Program-made: the position numbers and the translations under genes
Assembly (NCBI GenBank): GCA_963809895.1
Contig: CAWELD010000003.1
Location: forward strand, 2,912,001 to 2,976,000
Length of the DNA stretch: 64,000 bases
Direction of reading: 5' to 3'
From: an uncultured Gemmatimonadales bacterium
GTDB taxonomy: Bacteria > Gemmatimonadota > Gemmatimonadetes > Longimicrobiales > Gaopeijiaceae
In this document: piece after piece, positions 53,135 to 62,331 of the stretch
Numbering within the stretch: position 1 is the first letter of the stretch
Layout of the letters: the number at the start of each line of letters is the position of its first letter
Notes under the pieces: generated by a model
Seen by the model: the letters and a program-made list of their open reading frames with translations, nothing else
Told to the model about the DNA's origin: nothing
Database searches by the model: none

Positions 53135-54517
53135 ATGCCCAATCACAAAGGCCTGGTGGAGATCCAGGACAGTGCGAACAACCCGACCATCGTTCTCGAC
53201 GGGGAGACCGGCGATGTGGTCGCTGGCGGCTCCGGCCAGGACGGGCTCCTGGTGGCTAGCGACGGCGCGGGCAACGAGCGAGTTCGAGTGGACGGGTCGA
53301 CGGGAACGGTGGAGGTGCTCTCGCCGAGCGGCGATCCGGTGGTCCTCGTGGACGGCACCGAAGGAGACGTGGTCATCTACCGCATGGTCGGGGGCGCCAA
53401 CCGCGAGGCTCTCCGCTTCGATGCCAGCTCCGCCGCCCTCACCCTGGGGGCACAGGACTGCGAAGGCGACCTGCTGATACGGGATCAGGCCGGACGAACG
53501 GTCCTCCGTTTCGATGCCTCTTCGTCGGCCCTGTACGTGGGCGCGGAGGGGAACGAAGGCGACATCGTGGTCCGGAACGGCAACGGAGACTATGCCTTCC
53601 AGGTGGACGGCAACACCGGCAACCTGTGGGTTCGCCGCCGGATCGGCCGAACGCTCCGCAACGTGCTCCACTTCGATGCCGTCCACGCCGCGCTCTACAT
53701 CGGGTGTCAGGGCAACGAAGGCGACCTCATCATCCAGGACGGAGGAGGCCGGGACGTCTTCCGTTTCGATTCCAACCGGGCGGCCCTCTACCTGGGCCAG
53801 ACCGGCAACGAGGGCGATCTCATCGTGCGCGACGGTGGAGGCAGACAGGTCTTCCACTTCGACTCCAGCCATGCCGCTCTCTATCTCGGGGCCGACGGGA
53901 ACGAGGGGGACCTGATCATCCGGGACGGTGATGGACGGGACGTCTTCCGATTCGACGCCAACTACGCGCTTCTCGACGTCGGCGCGGCCGGGAACGAGGG
54001 CGACATCCGGGTCCGGGACAACGACGGAGACGTGCGTATCCACCTGGACGGCAACTCCGGAGACATCAAGCTCCTGGGCGCCGACTGTGCCGAGGACTTC
54101 GAGGTCGACACGCCCGACGCGGCCGAAGACGGAACGGTCCTGGTCATCAACGACGACGGGCGCCTGGAGCCCAGCGCCCACGCCTACGATCGGCGGGTGG
54201 CAGGCGTGATCTCGGGAGCCGGGGGCTACCGCCCCGGACTGATCCTCGACCGGAAACCCGGCCAGGGCGCGAACGGACGGTCCGACACCGCACCTCCGGG
54301 ACGACGTCCCATCGCCCTCACCGGCAAGGTCTTCTGCTGGGTGGACGCCGCTTACGGACCCATCGGTGTGGGCGACCTTCTCACGACTTCGGACACCCCC
54401 GGCCACGCCATGCGCGCCGCCGATCCCCTGAGGGCCTTCGGTGCCGTCATCGGGAAGGCGCTCGGCCGCCTGGAGCGTGGGCGTGGCCTGGTGCCGGTCC
54501 TGGTCGCTCTCCAATAG
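53135..54517 (+). CDS. Tail-fibre/spike-like repeat protein with C-terminal peptidase-G2-like intramolecular chaperone domain
   Basis: Six ~31-aa repeats FDxxxAALYxGxxGNEGDLIxRDxxGRxVxx; then GADCAEDF...VAGVISGAG...PIALTGKV...GDLLTTS...GAVIGKAL; no signal peptide; GAGG RBS. Confidence 0.7.
   Translation: MPNHKGLVEIQDSANNPTIVLDGETGDVVAGGSGQDGLLVASDGAGNERVRVDGSTGTVEVLSPSGDPVVLVDGTEGDVVIYRMVGGANREALRFDASSAALTLGAQDCEGDLLIRDQAGRTVLRFDASSSALYVGAEGNEGDIVVRNGNGDYAFQVDGNTGNLWVRRRIGRTLRNVLHFDAVHAALYIGCQGNEGDLIIQDGGGRDVFRFDSNRAALYLGQTGNEGDLIVRDGGGRQVFHFDSSHAALYLGADGNEGDLIIRDGDGRDVFRFDANYALLDVGAAGNEGDIRVRDNDGDVRIHLDGNSGDIKLLGADCAEDFEVDTPDAAEDGTVLVINDDGRLEPSAHAYDRRVAGVISGAGGYRPGLILDRKPGQGANGRSDTAPPGRRPIALTGKVFCWVDAAYGPIGVGDLLTTSDTPGHAMRAADPLRAFGAVIGKALGRLERGRGLVPVLVALQ
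53417..54043 (+). repeat. Intragenic degenerate 93-bp tandem repeats
   Basis: Recurring TTCGA(T/C)...GG(C/G)AACGA(A/G)GGCGA(C/T); one unit carries a ~23-aa insertion. Confidence 0.85.
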
Positions 54518-54528
54518 GAGCCGGAGAC

Positions 54529-55248
54529 ATGGCATCGATTCGTAGCCTGGCCGCCTGCATGGGGCTCTCCGGAGACCTCTCCGTTCTCGGAGACCTCTTC
54601 GGGTTCTTCCGGCGACAGGTGCCCCCCGATCCCACCGGGGCTGCCACCCAGGTCTCGCTCAAGACCCAACTCCAACGCCTGGGCGGACGCCATCACCACC
54701 TCAACGTCATCGCCGTCGGCGTCGATCAGTTCACGGACAGCGACGACATCCAGGTGGACTACGCCATCTACCGTCTGAGGACGATCTGGAGCCAGGTGTC
54801 GTTGGGTGTGGGTCGAATCCAGCATTGGGGTGTGGATACCGCCGATGCGGGGGGGCTGGACACACCCACGTCCAAGGGCGATCTGGAAGACATCACCGAC
54901 AGCTGGACCGTCGCCAACGACGGCATCGACATGTTCATCCCCCACAACATGAACATCCCCAGCGACGGAGGAATCATCCTGGGCCGGTCGGCCATCGACG
55001 GCCCCTGCGAGGACAAGGACGACAAGGGGATGAACGGGTCCACCGCCGGGCTGTGGGGTAGTGAGCAGACGGCGCGCACCTTCGCCCACGAGCTGGGCCA
55101 CTACCTGGGCCTCGAACACAAGAATGGGAGCCCGAGCAATCTGATGTGCCAGAGTGGCAAGGCCAGCAGTACGCGCAATTCGGTGAACCTCACCAGTGGC
55201 CAGGGAAGTGACATGCGCGACCACTGCCTGGTCCGAGGGGGATGCTGA
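54529..55248 (+). CDS. Metzincin zinc metallopeptidase (M43/M10-like) without signal peptide
   Basis: TFAHELGHYLGLEH (HExxHxxGxxH) plus Met-turn NLMC; AGGAG RBS. Confidence 0.85.
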   Translation: MASIRSLAACMGLSGDLSVLGDLFGFFRRQVPPDPTGAATQVSLKTQLQRLGGRHHHLNVIAVGVDQFTDSDDIQVDYAIYRLRTIWSQVSLGVGRIQHWGVDTADAGGLDTPTSKGDLEDITDSWTVANDGIDMFIPHNMNIPSDGGIILGRSAIDGPCEDKDDKGMNGSTAGLWGSEQTARTFAHELGHYLGLEHKNGSPSNLMCQSGKASSTRNSVNLTSGQGSDMRDHCLVRGGC

Positions 55249-56270
55249 TGATGACACGGAAGCCGACCCACGGTGGCGGTGACTTTCTGCACGCGGAAGC
55301 CTACGAGCTCGAGGAGCTCCGTTCCGCCGTGTTCCAGGGCTCGGATCGCCTGCCCCGTCCGCTGGCCCTGGGGCTGCTCGCCCGCAAGGCCTATCCCGAA
55401 AAGACCGACGACTTCGCGCGACTGCTCATGAACGACGATGAGCCTCCGGGCCTCCGTAAGGTGGCCGCCCACGAGTTGGCCCGCATGGACGCGCCCGAGG
55501 CCACGACCCTGCTTCGGGAAGCGCTCTCGGTCCGCGACCCGCTGGTGAAGCAGGACGTGATCGCGGCGCTGGCCCGGGTGGGCGGCGACGAGGAGTTGAA
55601 GGCGGTGCGTGGCTTCCGCGACCGCAAGACGGGAGACGTCGCTCGATCCGCGCAGTGGACGTCGCAACTGTTGACCTACCTGACCGGCGCCCGGGGGAAC
55701 GGTGTGCCGATGCCGCCGCGACGCACCTGGCGGCCGGCCGATGAACGGCGAGCCCAGCCCGTCGAGGTCGCGAAGGCGCGCGGCAAGCGCCTCGAGGCCG
55801 CTCTGGACGGGGCGCGTCAGGCGATCCCGGCGGCCGGGCTGAGCCCGGAGGGGGGCCTGGCCCTGACGTGCGGGGACCGAGAGATGGTGCTCCTGCTGCG
55901 AGAGGGAATCTCGCAGGGTGGTGCCCAGGCCTTGCGGGACTCCCGAACCGTGGCGGCGGTGATCACCGAGCGCCACACCCTCGAAGACGAGAGCTGGGAG
56001 ATCCGCTTCCTCGTCCTCACCGAACCCTCGGACGACGAGACCGCGCTACGGGTCCTGGTGTGCACGCCCCGCGGCGTCGTGCGCTTCGTGGGAACGCTCG
56101 CCCTGAAGGGCGACACCCCAGGAGCCTTCGAGCTCGTGGGCGTCGACGGGCCCGGCGCCATCCCCCTCCTGGCGGACGGGGTGTTGGACGAGGGCGTCGT
56201 CCGCTTCGACCGGCTCCTGGCGGAGCAGCGCACCCGGCCCGGAAGTGGACGCGGGGTGCGGAAGCGCTGA
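55248..56270 (+). CDS. HEAT-repeat-containing hypothetical protein
   Basis: LRKVAAHELARM..ATTLLREAL..DPLVKQDVIAALARVG HEAT/PBS-lyase-like repeats; TGATG coupling; beta-rich C-terminal half. Confidence 0.7.
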   Translation: MMTRKPTHGGGDFLHAEAYELEELRSAVFQGSDRLPRPLALGLLARKAYPEKTDDFARLLMNDDEPPGLRKVAAHELARMDAPEATTLLREALSVRDPLVKQDVIAALARVGGDEELKAVRGFRDRKTGDVARSAQWTSQLLTYLTGARGNGVPMPPRRTWRPADERRAQPVEVAKARGKRLEAALDGARQAIPAAGLSPEGGLALTCGDREMVLLLREGISQGGAQALRDSRTVAAVITERHTLEDESWEIRFLVLTEPSDDETALRVLVCTPRGVVRFVGTLALKGDTPGAFELVGVDGPGAIPLLADGVLDEGVVRFDRLLAEQRTRPGSGRGVRKR

Positions 56271-56364
56271 ACCATTCCGACGCCCGGGTGACTCGCGGCG
56301 CATCCTTCCCTTACATTGGCGCTCGCGGAGCCGCACGGCAGCATCCCTCTCACCCGGGCGTCCC

Positions 56365-58019
56365 GTGGCATCCAACTCCGTCCATCTGGATCGGGGCCGA
56401 CGCGCCTTCGAACAGCGATCGTGGGAGCTCGCCCACGACGCCCTGCGGGCAGCGCACGACGCCGGTCCGCTGGCGCCCGCCGACCTCTGGCGCCTCGCGC
56501 TCACCGCGTACCTGCTCGGTCTCGCCGAGGAGTTCGTCGACACCGCGCAGGAGGCCTACAAGGCATGCCTGCTGGAGGAGGACGGCCCCGCGGCCGCCCG
56601 CTGCGCCTTCTGGCTCGGATTCCACCTCGCCAATCGCGGCGACATCGCCCAGGCCAGCGGCTGGTTCGGCCGAGCGGGACGTCTGCTGGACGAGTTCGGG
56701 GGCGAACATCCGGAGCGCGGCTACCTTCTCATTCCCGCCGGATATCGGCGCTTCGTGGAGGGCGCCTACGAGGACTCGGCGACCATCGCGGCGCAGGCGC
56801 TGCGACATCGGACGACGTTTCGGCGAAGCGGATCTGGTCGCGCTGGCTCTGCACCTCCAGGGTCGTGCACGCCTGCGGCAGGCCCGGATCGACGAGGGCC
56901 TGGCGCTGCTGGACGAGGCCATGGTGGACGTGTCCACCGGTGAGCTCTCGCCACAGACCACCGGCCTCGTCTACTGCAGCGTGATCGGCGCATGCCGGGA
57001 AGTCCAGGCGCTGGGACGCGCTCACGAGTGGACCGCGGCCCTCAGCGAATGGTGCGAAGCTCAGCCGGACATGGTCGCGTACACGGGCGAGTGCCGGGTC
57101 TACCGGGCCGAGATCCTCCGCCTGCGCGGCGAGTGGCGCGATGCCATGAACGAGGCCAGGCGCGCCTCGGACCGGTTCGCCAAGGGCTCGGAGCCCGCAT
57201 CCGCGGGATCTGCCCTCTACCAGCAGGGGGAGATCCATCGCCTGCGCGGCGCGTTCGCCGCCGCGGAGGAAGCCTACAAGGCGGCCAGCCTCGAAGGTCG
57301 GGAGCCTCAGCCGGGGCTGGCGCTCCTGCGGCTGGCCCAGGGCGACGACGAGTCGGCCCTGGCCGCCATCCGGCGTGCGTTGGCAGGAACGCGCGAGCCG
57401 CGGCGGCGTGTGGCGCTCCTGCCGGCCGCCATCGAGATCCTGCTCGACGCCGGCGAGATCGCGGAGGCCCGAACCGTTCAGGACGAGCTCCGTCGGGATC
57501 GCCGACGCGTGCGCGCCGGGACTGGTGGGTGCCACGGTGCTGCAGATGGAGGGTGCCATCGCGCTGCGGGCCGGCGACGCCGACGGTGCCTTGGCACCTC
57601 TGCGCCGCGCCTGGAAGGCGTGGCGCTCCATCAACGCGCCCTACGAGGCAGCGCGCACCCGGGTGCTGCTGGGTCGGGCTTGCCTGGAGATGGGCGATCA
57701 GGACACGGCCGCAATGGAGATGGAGGCGGCCCGAGCGACCTTCGAGCGACTGGGCGCCACGCCCGATCTCGCCCGACTCGACGCGCTCACCCGGCAGCGA
57801 CGACCTGCCCCCCGTCACGGCCTCACATCGCGGGAGCTCGAGGTCCTCTCCCTCGTGGCGACGGGGCGGACCAACCGCGCCATCGGCCAGGAGCTGAGCA
57901 TCAGCGAGAAGACCGTCGCGCGCCACCTCGCCAACATCTTCACGAAGTTGGACGTTTCCTCGCGCACCGCCGCCACGGCCTACGCGTACGAGCACGGCCT
58001 CCTGGAGCCGTCTACATAG
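56365..58019 (+). pseudogene. TPR + LuxR-type HTH regulator with two frameshifts (~56800, ~57495)
   Basis: [42 protein letters not shown]-terminal [37 protein letters not shown]. Confidence 0.88.
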
Positions 58020-58059
58020 AACGACCCATGCGCCGCACGTTCCGAAAAATGGGTGATTC
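58019..58059. promoter_or_regulatory. Imperfect inverted repeat upstream of the monooxygenase; candidate LuxR-type operator
   Basis: GAACGACCCAT-N19-ATGGGTGATTC (9/11 match). Confidence 0.45.
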
Positions 58060-58161
58060 GCCCGAAGCGGCGGCCGGGAGAGCCTTCGTAGCGTAGACGT
58101 GGACCTGCGGCAGCGGACCGAGCAGAACCGCAGGCGCACATCGGCAGCGCGAGGAGGCAGC

Positions 58162-59322
58162 ATGTACGACCCACCCCAACGAATCGAGACGCTGGTGATC
58201 GGCGCGGGACAGGCCGGACTCTCGGTGGGATACCATCTGTCGAGGCTCGACCGCCCCTTCCTGATCCTCGACGGCCGCGACCGGATCGGCGATGCGTGGC
58301 GGGAGCGTTGGGATTCCCTCCGGCTGTTCACCCCCGCACGGTTCGACGGTCTCGATGGGATGCCGTTCCCTGCCCCACCCTTCCATTTCCCGACCAAGGA
58401 CGAGATGGCGGACTACCTGGAGGCGTACGCGTCGCGCTTCAGGCTCCCCGTGCAGACCGGCGTCAGGGTGGAACGCCTCTCACGGCGGGGGGATCACTTC
58501 CTGGTGGAGGCCGGCGAGGAATCCTGGAAGGCGGACAACGTCGTGGTGGCGATGGCGAACTATCAGGAGCCCCGGACCCCCGACTTCGCCCGGGAGCTCG
58601 ACCCCGACATCGTGCAGTTGCATTCCGCCGCGTATCGCAATCCCGGGCAGCTCGCCGAGGGTCCAGTGCTCCTGGTGGGTGCCGGCAACTCGGCTTCCGA
58701 GATCGCACGCGAGCTGGCGCCGCTTCACGAGGTCTGGATGTCGGGGCGGAACACCGGGGAGCTTCCTTTCCGCGTCGCCGGCTGGGTGGGGCGGGCCGGG
58801 ATGGTCAAGCTGGTCCTGCGCGTGCTCTTCCATCGTGTGCTCACGGTCCGCACTCCCATGGGCCGCGCCATGCGCAAGAAGGTGCTCCACAAGGGGGGAC
58901 CCCTCATCCGGGTGAAGATGCGCGATCTGAAGCGACAGGGCGTCAAGCGCGGGCCACGCGTGCGGAGCGTCGAAGACGGGAAGCCCATGCTGGACGACGG
59001 CAGGGTCCTGGACGTGGCCAACGTCATCTGGTGCACCGGCTACCGGCCGGGGTTCGACTGGATCGACCTCCCGGTCTTCGAGGGCGAGGATCCCCGTCAG
59101 GAAAGCGGCGTCGTGCCCGAACAACCCGGGCTCTACTTCGTGGGACTCCACTTCCTGCATGCGCTGTCGTCGAGCATGATCCACGGCGTGGGTCGAGACG
59201 CGCAGCGTGTGGCGGCCGCCATCGCGGCGGGGGCCAGGCGCGAGGGCCTCAGCGAAGGGCGCGGGTCGGCTCCGTCGCCCGCACCAGCCGAGCGGGAGCC
59301 CATGCCGCAGCCACGGCCGTGA
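58162..59322 (+). CDS. Flavin-containing monooxygenase (CzcO/FMO-like)
   Basis: VIGAGQAG, IGDAWRERWDSLRLFTP, QLHSAAYRNP, VGAGNSA and IWCTGY motifs; GAGGAGG RBS. Confidence 0.9.
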   Translation: MYDPPQRIETLVIGAGQAGLSVGYHLSRLDRPFLILDGRDRIGDAWRERWDSLRLFTPARFDGLDGMPFPAPPFHFPTKDEMADYLEAYASRFRLPVQTGVRVERLSRRGDHFLVEAGEESWKADNVVVAMANYQEPRTPDFARELDPDIVQLHSAAYRNPGQLAEGPVLLVGAGNSASEIARELAPLHEVWMSGRNTGELPFRVAGWVGRAGMVKLVLRVLFHRVLTVRTPMGRAMRKKVLHKGGPLIRVKMRDLKRQGVKRGPRVRSVEDGKPMLDDGRVLDVANVIWCTGYRPGFDWIDLPVFEGEDPRQESGVVPEQPGLYFVGLHFLHALSSSMIHGVGRDAQRVAAAIAAGARREGLSEGRGSAPSPAPAEREPMPQPRP

Positions 59323-61846
59323 CCAGGAGAAGCCCGGCGAACGCCGCCAGGGCGAGGGGATCGGCGGGGTCCACCCCGGGCAGCACGCTGTCCAGGTACC
59401 GATGCAGCGGCCAGTAGACGAGCAGGCCCAGCGCCGCACCGGCTCCGACGGTGGCGAAGGTGCCCGCGAGCACGCGACCCACGAGTCGTCCGACGGGCGC
59501 TCCCAGCGCCATGCGAACACCCATCTCGTGATGCCTCAACCGGGCCTCGTACAGCAAGGTTCCCGCCAGCCCCGCGCACGCCAGCACCAGCGCAGCGGCC
59601 GCGAAGAAGGCCAGAACGAGGGCGAAGAACCGGAACCGCGCCCAGGATTCCCCCATCACGTCCGTCATGGGCCGCAGGTCGTCCACCACGGCACGGGGCG
59701 CCACTTCCGCCACCGCCGATCGCACCACTTCCATGGCGGGTGGCGCGGCCGCGCGCAGCACGAAGGTCAGCCCCGACGCCCACGCGCCCCGGGGGGCGTA
59801 CGGAAGGTAGAATTCCGGCTCCACGGGCTGATCGGCCCCCCAATGGTGCACATCGGCGATGACACCCACCACGCGCAGATCGATGGATGCGAAGCGTAGC
59901 GGACGGTCCACCGCGTCTCCGTCCGGGAAGAGCTGCTCCGCGGCGGTTTCGTTCAGCACGATGGGCACGACACCGTCGGAGCGGTCCCCGGCGCCGAAAC
60001 CACCGCCCGCCACGAAGTCGATGCCCAACGCCCCGAAGTAGCCGGGCACCACCGGATCGACCCAGGCGCGGTCGATCTCCCGGTCGCGGTCGACGAGCTC
60101 GCCGAGCCAGCAGCAGCGGTTGCCTCCGCTGATCTGGAAGGGCACGGTGAGCCCGGCCCCCACCACCGACACCCCCGGCAGCGCAGCGAGCCGGTCGCGA
60201 ACACGCGCGGCGTTCACGGCGCGTTCGTCTTCCGTGGCATCGCGCCCGACATTGATGCCCACGGCGTAGGCGTTCTCGGGCACGAATCCGGGATCCAGCG
60301 ACATGAGGCCGGTGAGACCACGGATCACCGCGAGGGAGCCGACGAGCAGCAACGAGGCCATGGCCGCTTCGCCGACCACCAGCCAGCGGCCTCCCATCGC
60401 GCGGGTGCGCCCGCGACTTCCGGCCTGCGCTCGGCGCAGAAGCGATGCCGGTGCGACCCGCGCTCCACGCCAGGCCGGCACCAGGCCCGCCACCACCCCG
60501 GTGACCATCGCCATGGCGAGCCCGACCCCGGCCATCGGCAGGTTCAAGGCCACATGGTCCATCCCCGGCAGGCGCCCCGGCTCGAGCGCCTTCACGGCGT
60601 CCACGCCCAGCACGGCCAGCACCAGCCCCAGCAGCCCTCCGCCCAGCGCCAGCAGCACCGCCTCCGCGAGAAGCTGGGCCACGATGGCCGTGTGGCCCCC
60701 TCCCAACGCCCGCCGCGCCGCGAACTCGCCCTGGCGGGCCTCACCCCGGGCCAGCAGCAAGCTGCCCGCATTGCCGCAAGCCACCAGCAGCAGGAGCGTC
60801 GCCCCCGCCAGGAGCACCAGGAGCGGCCCCCGGGCATCACCGTTGGTGGCCTCCGCCAGCGTCTCCGGTGAAAAAGTGCGCCGAGGTGAGCCGTCGTCTT
60901 CGGCGTAGGTATCGGGGAACTCCCGCGCGAAGTCCCGGGCGCGCTCCAGCAGTTGTGCGGCCGCGTCGTCGAGGCTCGCCCCGGGCGCCAGCCGACCCAC
61001 CACGTTGAAGCTGCGGTCGTGGCGGGTCAGGTCGGGATCCGTGGGATCCACCGGTACCCACAGCTCCACGCCACCCCCCGTCAGCGCGACGGGCGCCTGG
61101 AAGTCCGGCGCCAGAATCCCCACGACCTCCACCGGCGCACCGTCCACGGACACCGTCGAGCCCACCAGGTCGGGATCGGCGCCCCAGCGCCGCTCCCAGG
61201 CGTCGTGGCCGACGACCGCCACCCTCCGGCCTTCGCGGTATTCAGCGCCGGACGGCAGGCGCCCCCGCTCCGCCCGCGCGCCCAGGAGCTCCAGAAGATG
61301 CTCACTCACGCGCGCCCCTTCGATGTCCCGGGGCACGTCGTCGGTCAGGGTGAAGGTCTGTCCGGAGGCTGCGGCCAGAGTCTCGAAGGCCGGCACCGTC
61401 CGGGTCCAGTCCTGGAAGTCGGGCCAACTGTGCGCGCCGTCCTGCACCACGGCCAGCCGGTCCGGCTGAGGATACGGAAGACGACGCAACAGCACGCCGT
61501 CCACCACGGACAGCACGGTGAGCGTAGCCCCCAGACCCAGCGCCAACAGCCCCACCACCCCGGCGTTGACGCCCCGATCGCGCACCACCGAGCGAACTGC
61601 CTGCCGGACCGCGTTCCCCATCCCCATGCCGCCCCCCCGCCCCCACCACTCCTCCACGGCTCCCCTGAGCACCCCGATCCATCCTCGCCACGCCACGCCC
61701 AGCGCGGCGGCGGATCCACCGCGTGCACGTGCGTCACGCACGGTGCGTCGAAAGAGCGCCACGCTCTCCTCGCCGTGCTCCCTCCGGAAGCTCCGGGGCA
61801 GCAGCAGGAGGAGGGCTCGGTAGACCCACGCCGCCAGGCGGGTCAT
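59249..61846 (-). CDS. ADOP-type duplicated MacB/FtsX ABC permease (divergent)
   Basis: LLALGLGA..VVDGVLL..LPYPQPDRL, LLLVACGNAGSLL, RHHEMGVRMALG; ATGA overlap with padR. Confidence 0.88.
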   Translation of the reverse strand: MTRLAAWVYRALLLLLPRSFRREHGEESVALFRRTVRDARARGGSAAALGVAWRGWIGVLRGAVEEWWGRGGGMGMGNAVRQAVRSVVRDRGVNAGVVGLLALGLGATLTVLSVVDGVLLRRLPYPQPDRLAVVQDGAHSWPDFQDWTRTVPAFETLAAASGQTFTLTDDVPRDIEGARVSEHLLELLGARAERGRLPSGAEYREGRRVAVVGHDAWERRWGADPDLVGSTVSVDGAPVEVVGILAPDFQAPVALTGGGVELWVPVDPTDPDLTRHDRSFNVVGRLAPGASLDDAAAQLLERARDFAREFPDTYAEDDGSPRRTFSPETLAEATNGDARGPLLVLLAGATLLLLVACGNAGSLLLARGEARQGEFAARRALGGGHTAIVAQLLAEAVLLALGGGLLGLVLAVLGVDAVKALEPGRLPGMDHVALNLPMAGVGLAMAMVTGVVAGLVPAWRGARVAPASLLRRAQAGSRGRTRAMGGRWLVVGEAAMASLLLVGSLAVIRGLTGLMSLDPGFVPENAYAVGINVGRDATEDERAVNAARVRDRLAALPGVSVVGAGLTVPFQISGGNRCCWLGELVDRDREIDRAWVDPVVPGYFGALGIDFVAGGGFGAGDRSDGVVPIVLNETAAEQLFPDGDAVDRPLRFASIDLRVVGVIADVHHWGADQPVEPEFYLPYAPRGAWASGLTFVLRAAAPPAMEVVRSAVAEVAPRAVVDDLRPMTDVMGESWARFRFFALVLAFFAAAALVLACAGLAGTLLYEARLRHHEMGVRMALGAPVGRLVGRVLAGTFATVGAGAALGLLVYWPLHRYLDSVLPGVDPADPLALAAFAGLLLVTAVAAAWAPARLVRATEPTRALR

Positions 61847-62202
61847 CCCAACACCGCCTCGCCTTCCTGGATCAGGTGCGCCTCCCGGGCCACCGCCGTG
61901 AGCCGGGCCAGGCGAGCCGCTTCGGCCGCGACCACGGCCCGCCCCAGCTCCGTGAGCTCGAAGTAGCGCCGCTGCTCGAGGGGAGCGTCGGGGTCCTGGG
62001 GCCGATCCGCCTCGTCCACGATTCCGTCGCGCCGCAGGCGCTTCAGCGACCGATAGAGATTCGCCGGGTCGAGTCCCACCTCGTCGCCCACACGGTCTCG
62101 AACGGCACCCAGGATGCCGTACCCGTGCAAGGGACCCTCCACCAATGCCAGAAGGATGAGGAAGTCGCGCGGACTCAACGGAAGATGCTCGAGAGGTTTC
62201 AT
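61843..62202 (-). CDS. PadR-family transcriptional regulator
   Basis: FLILLALVEGPLHGYGI, PANLYRSL and RRYFELTELG motifs. Confidence 0.92.
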   Translation of the reverse strand: MKPLEHLPLSPRDFLILLALVEGPLHGYGILGAVRDRVGDEVGLDPANLYRSLKRLRRDGIVDEADRPQDPDAPLEQRRYFELTELGRAVVAAEAARLARLTAVAREAHLIQEGEAVLG

Positions 62203-62210
62203 GGTCAGCC

Positions 62211-62239
62211 AGGATAGAGTGTCGATTGACCAGTGTCAA
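62211..62239 (-). promoter_or_regulatory. sigma70 promoter TTGACA-N17-TATCCT with overlapping palindrome TTGAC-N4-GTCAA
   Basis: -35 at 62239-62234 and -10 at 62216-62211; ATG only 8 nt after the -10, so near-leaderless. Confidence 0.7.
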
Positions 62240-62331
62240 GTGACTGTGGTAGATCGACGATGGCGCGCTTGCGTCGGCCTCGGTGGCCCGGTTCTTTGGG
62301 AGCCCTGTGGATACCCCGTCCGGAGGGCAGG

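Noticed and set aside
53417..54043. Possible CRISPR array or DGR repeat
   Set aside because: The repeats are degenerate, in-frame 93-bp coding units with no unique spacers; no cas or reverse transcriptase gene is present.
53135..56270. Prophage remnant
   Set aside because: No integrase, capsid, terminase, lysis gene or att-like repeat nearby; the genes are intact and translationally coupled.
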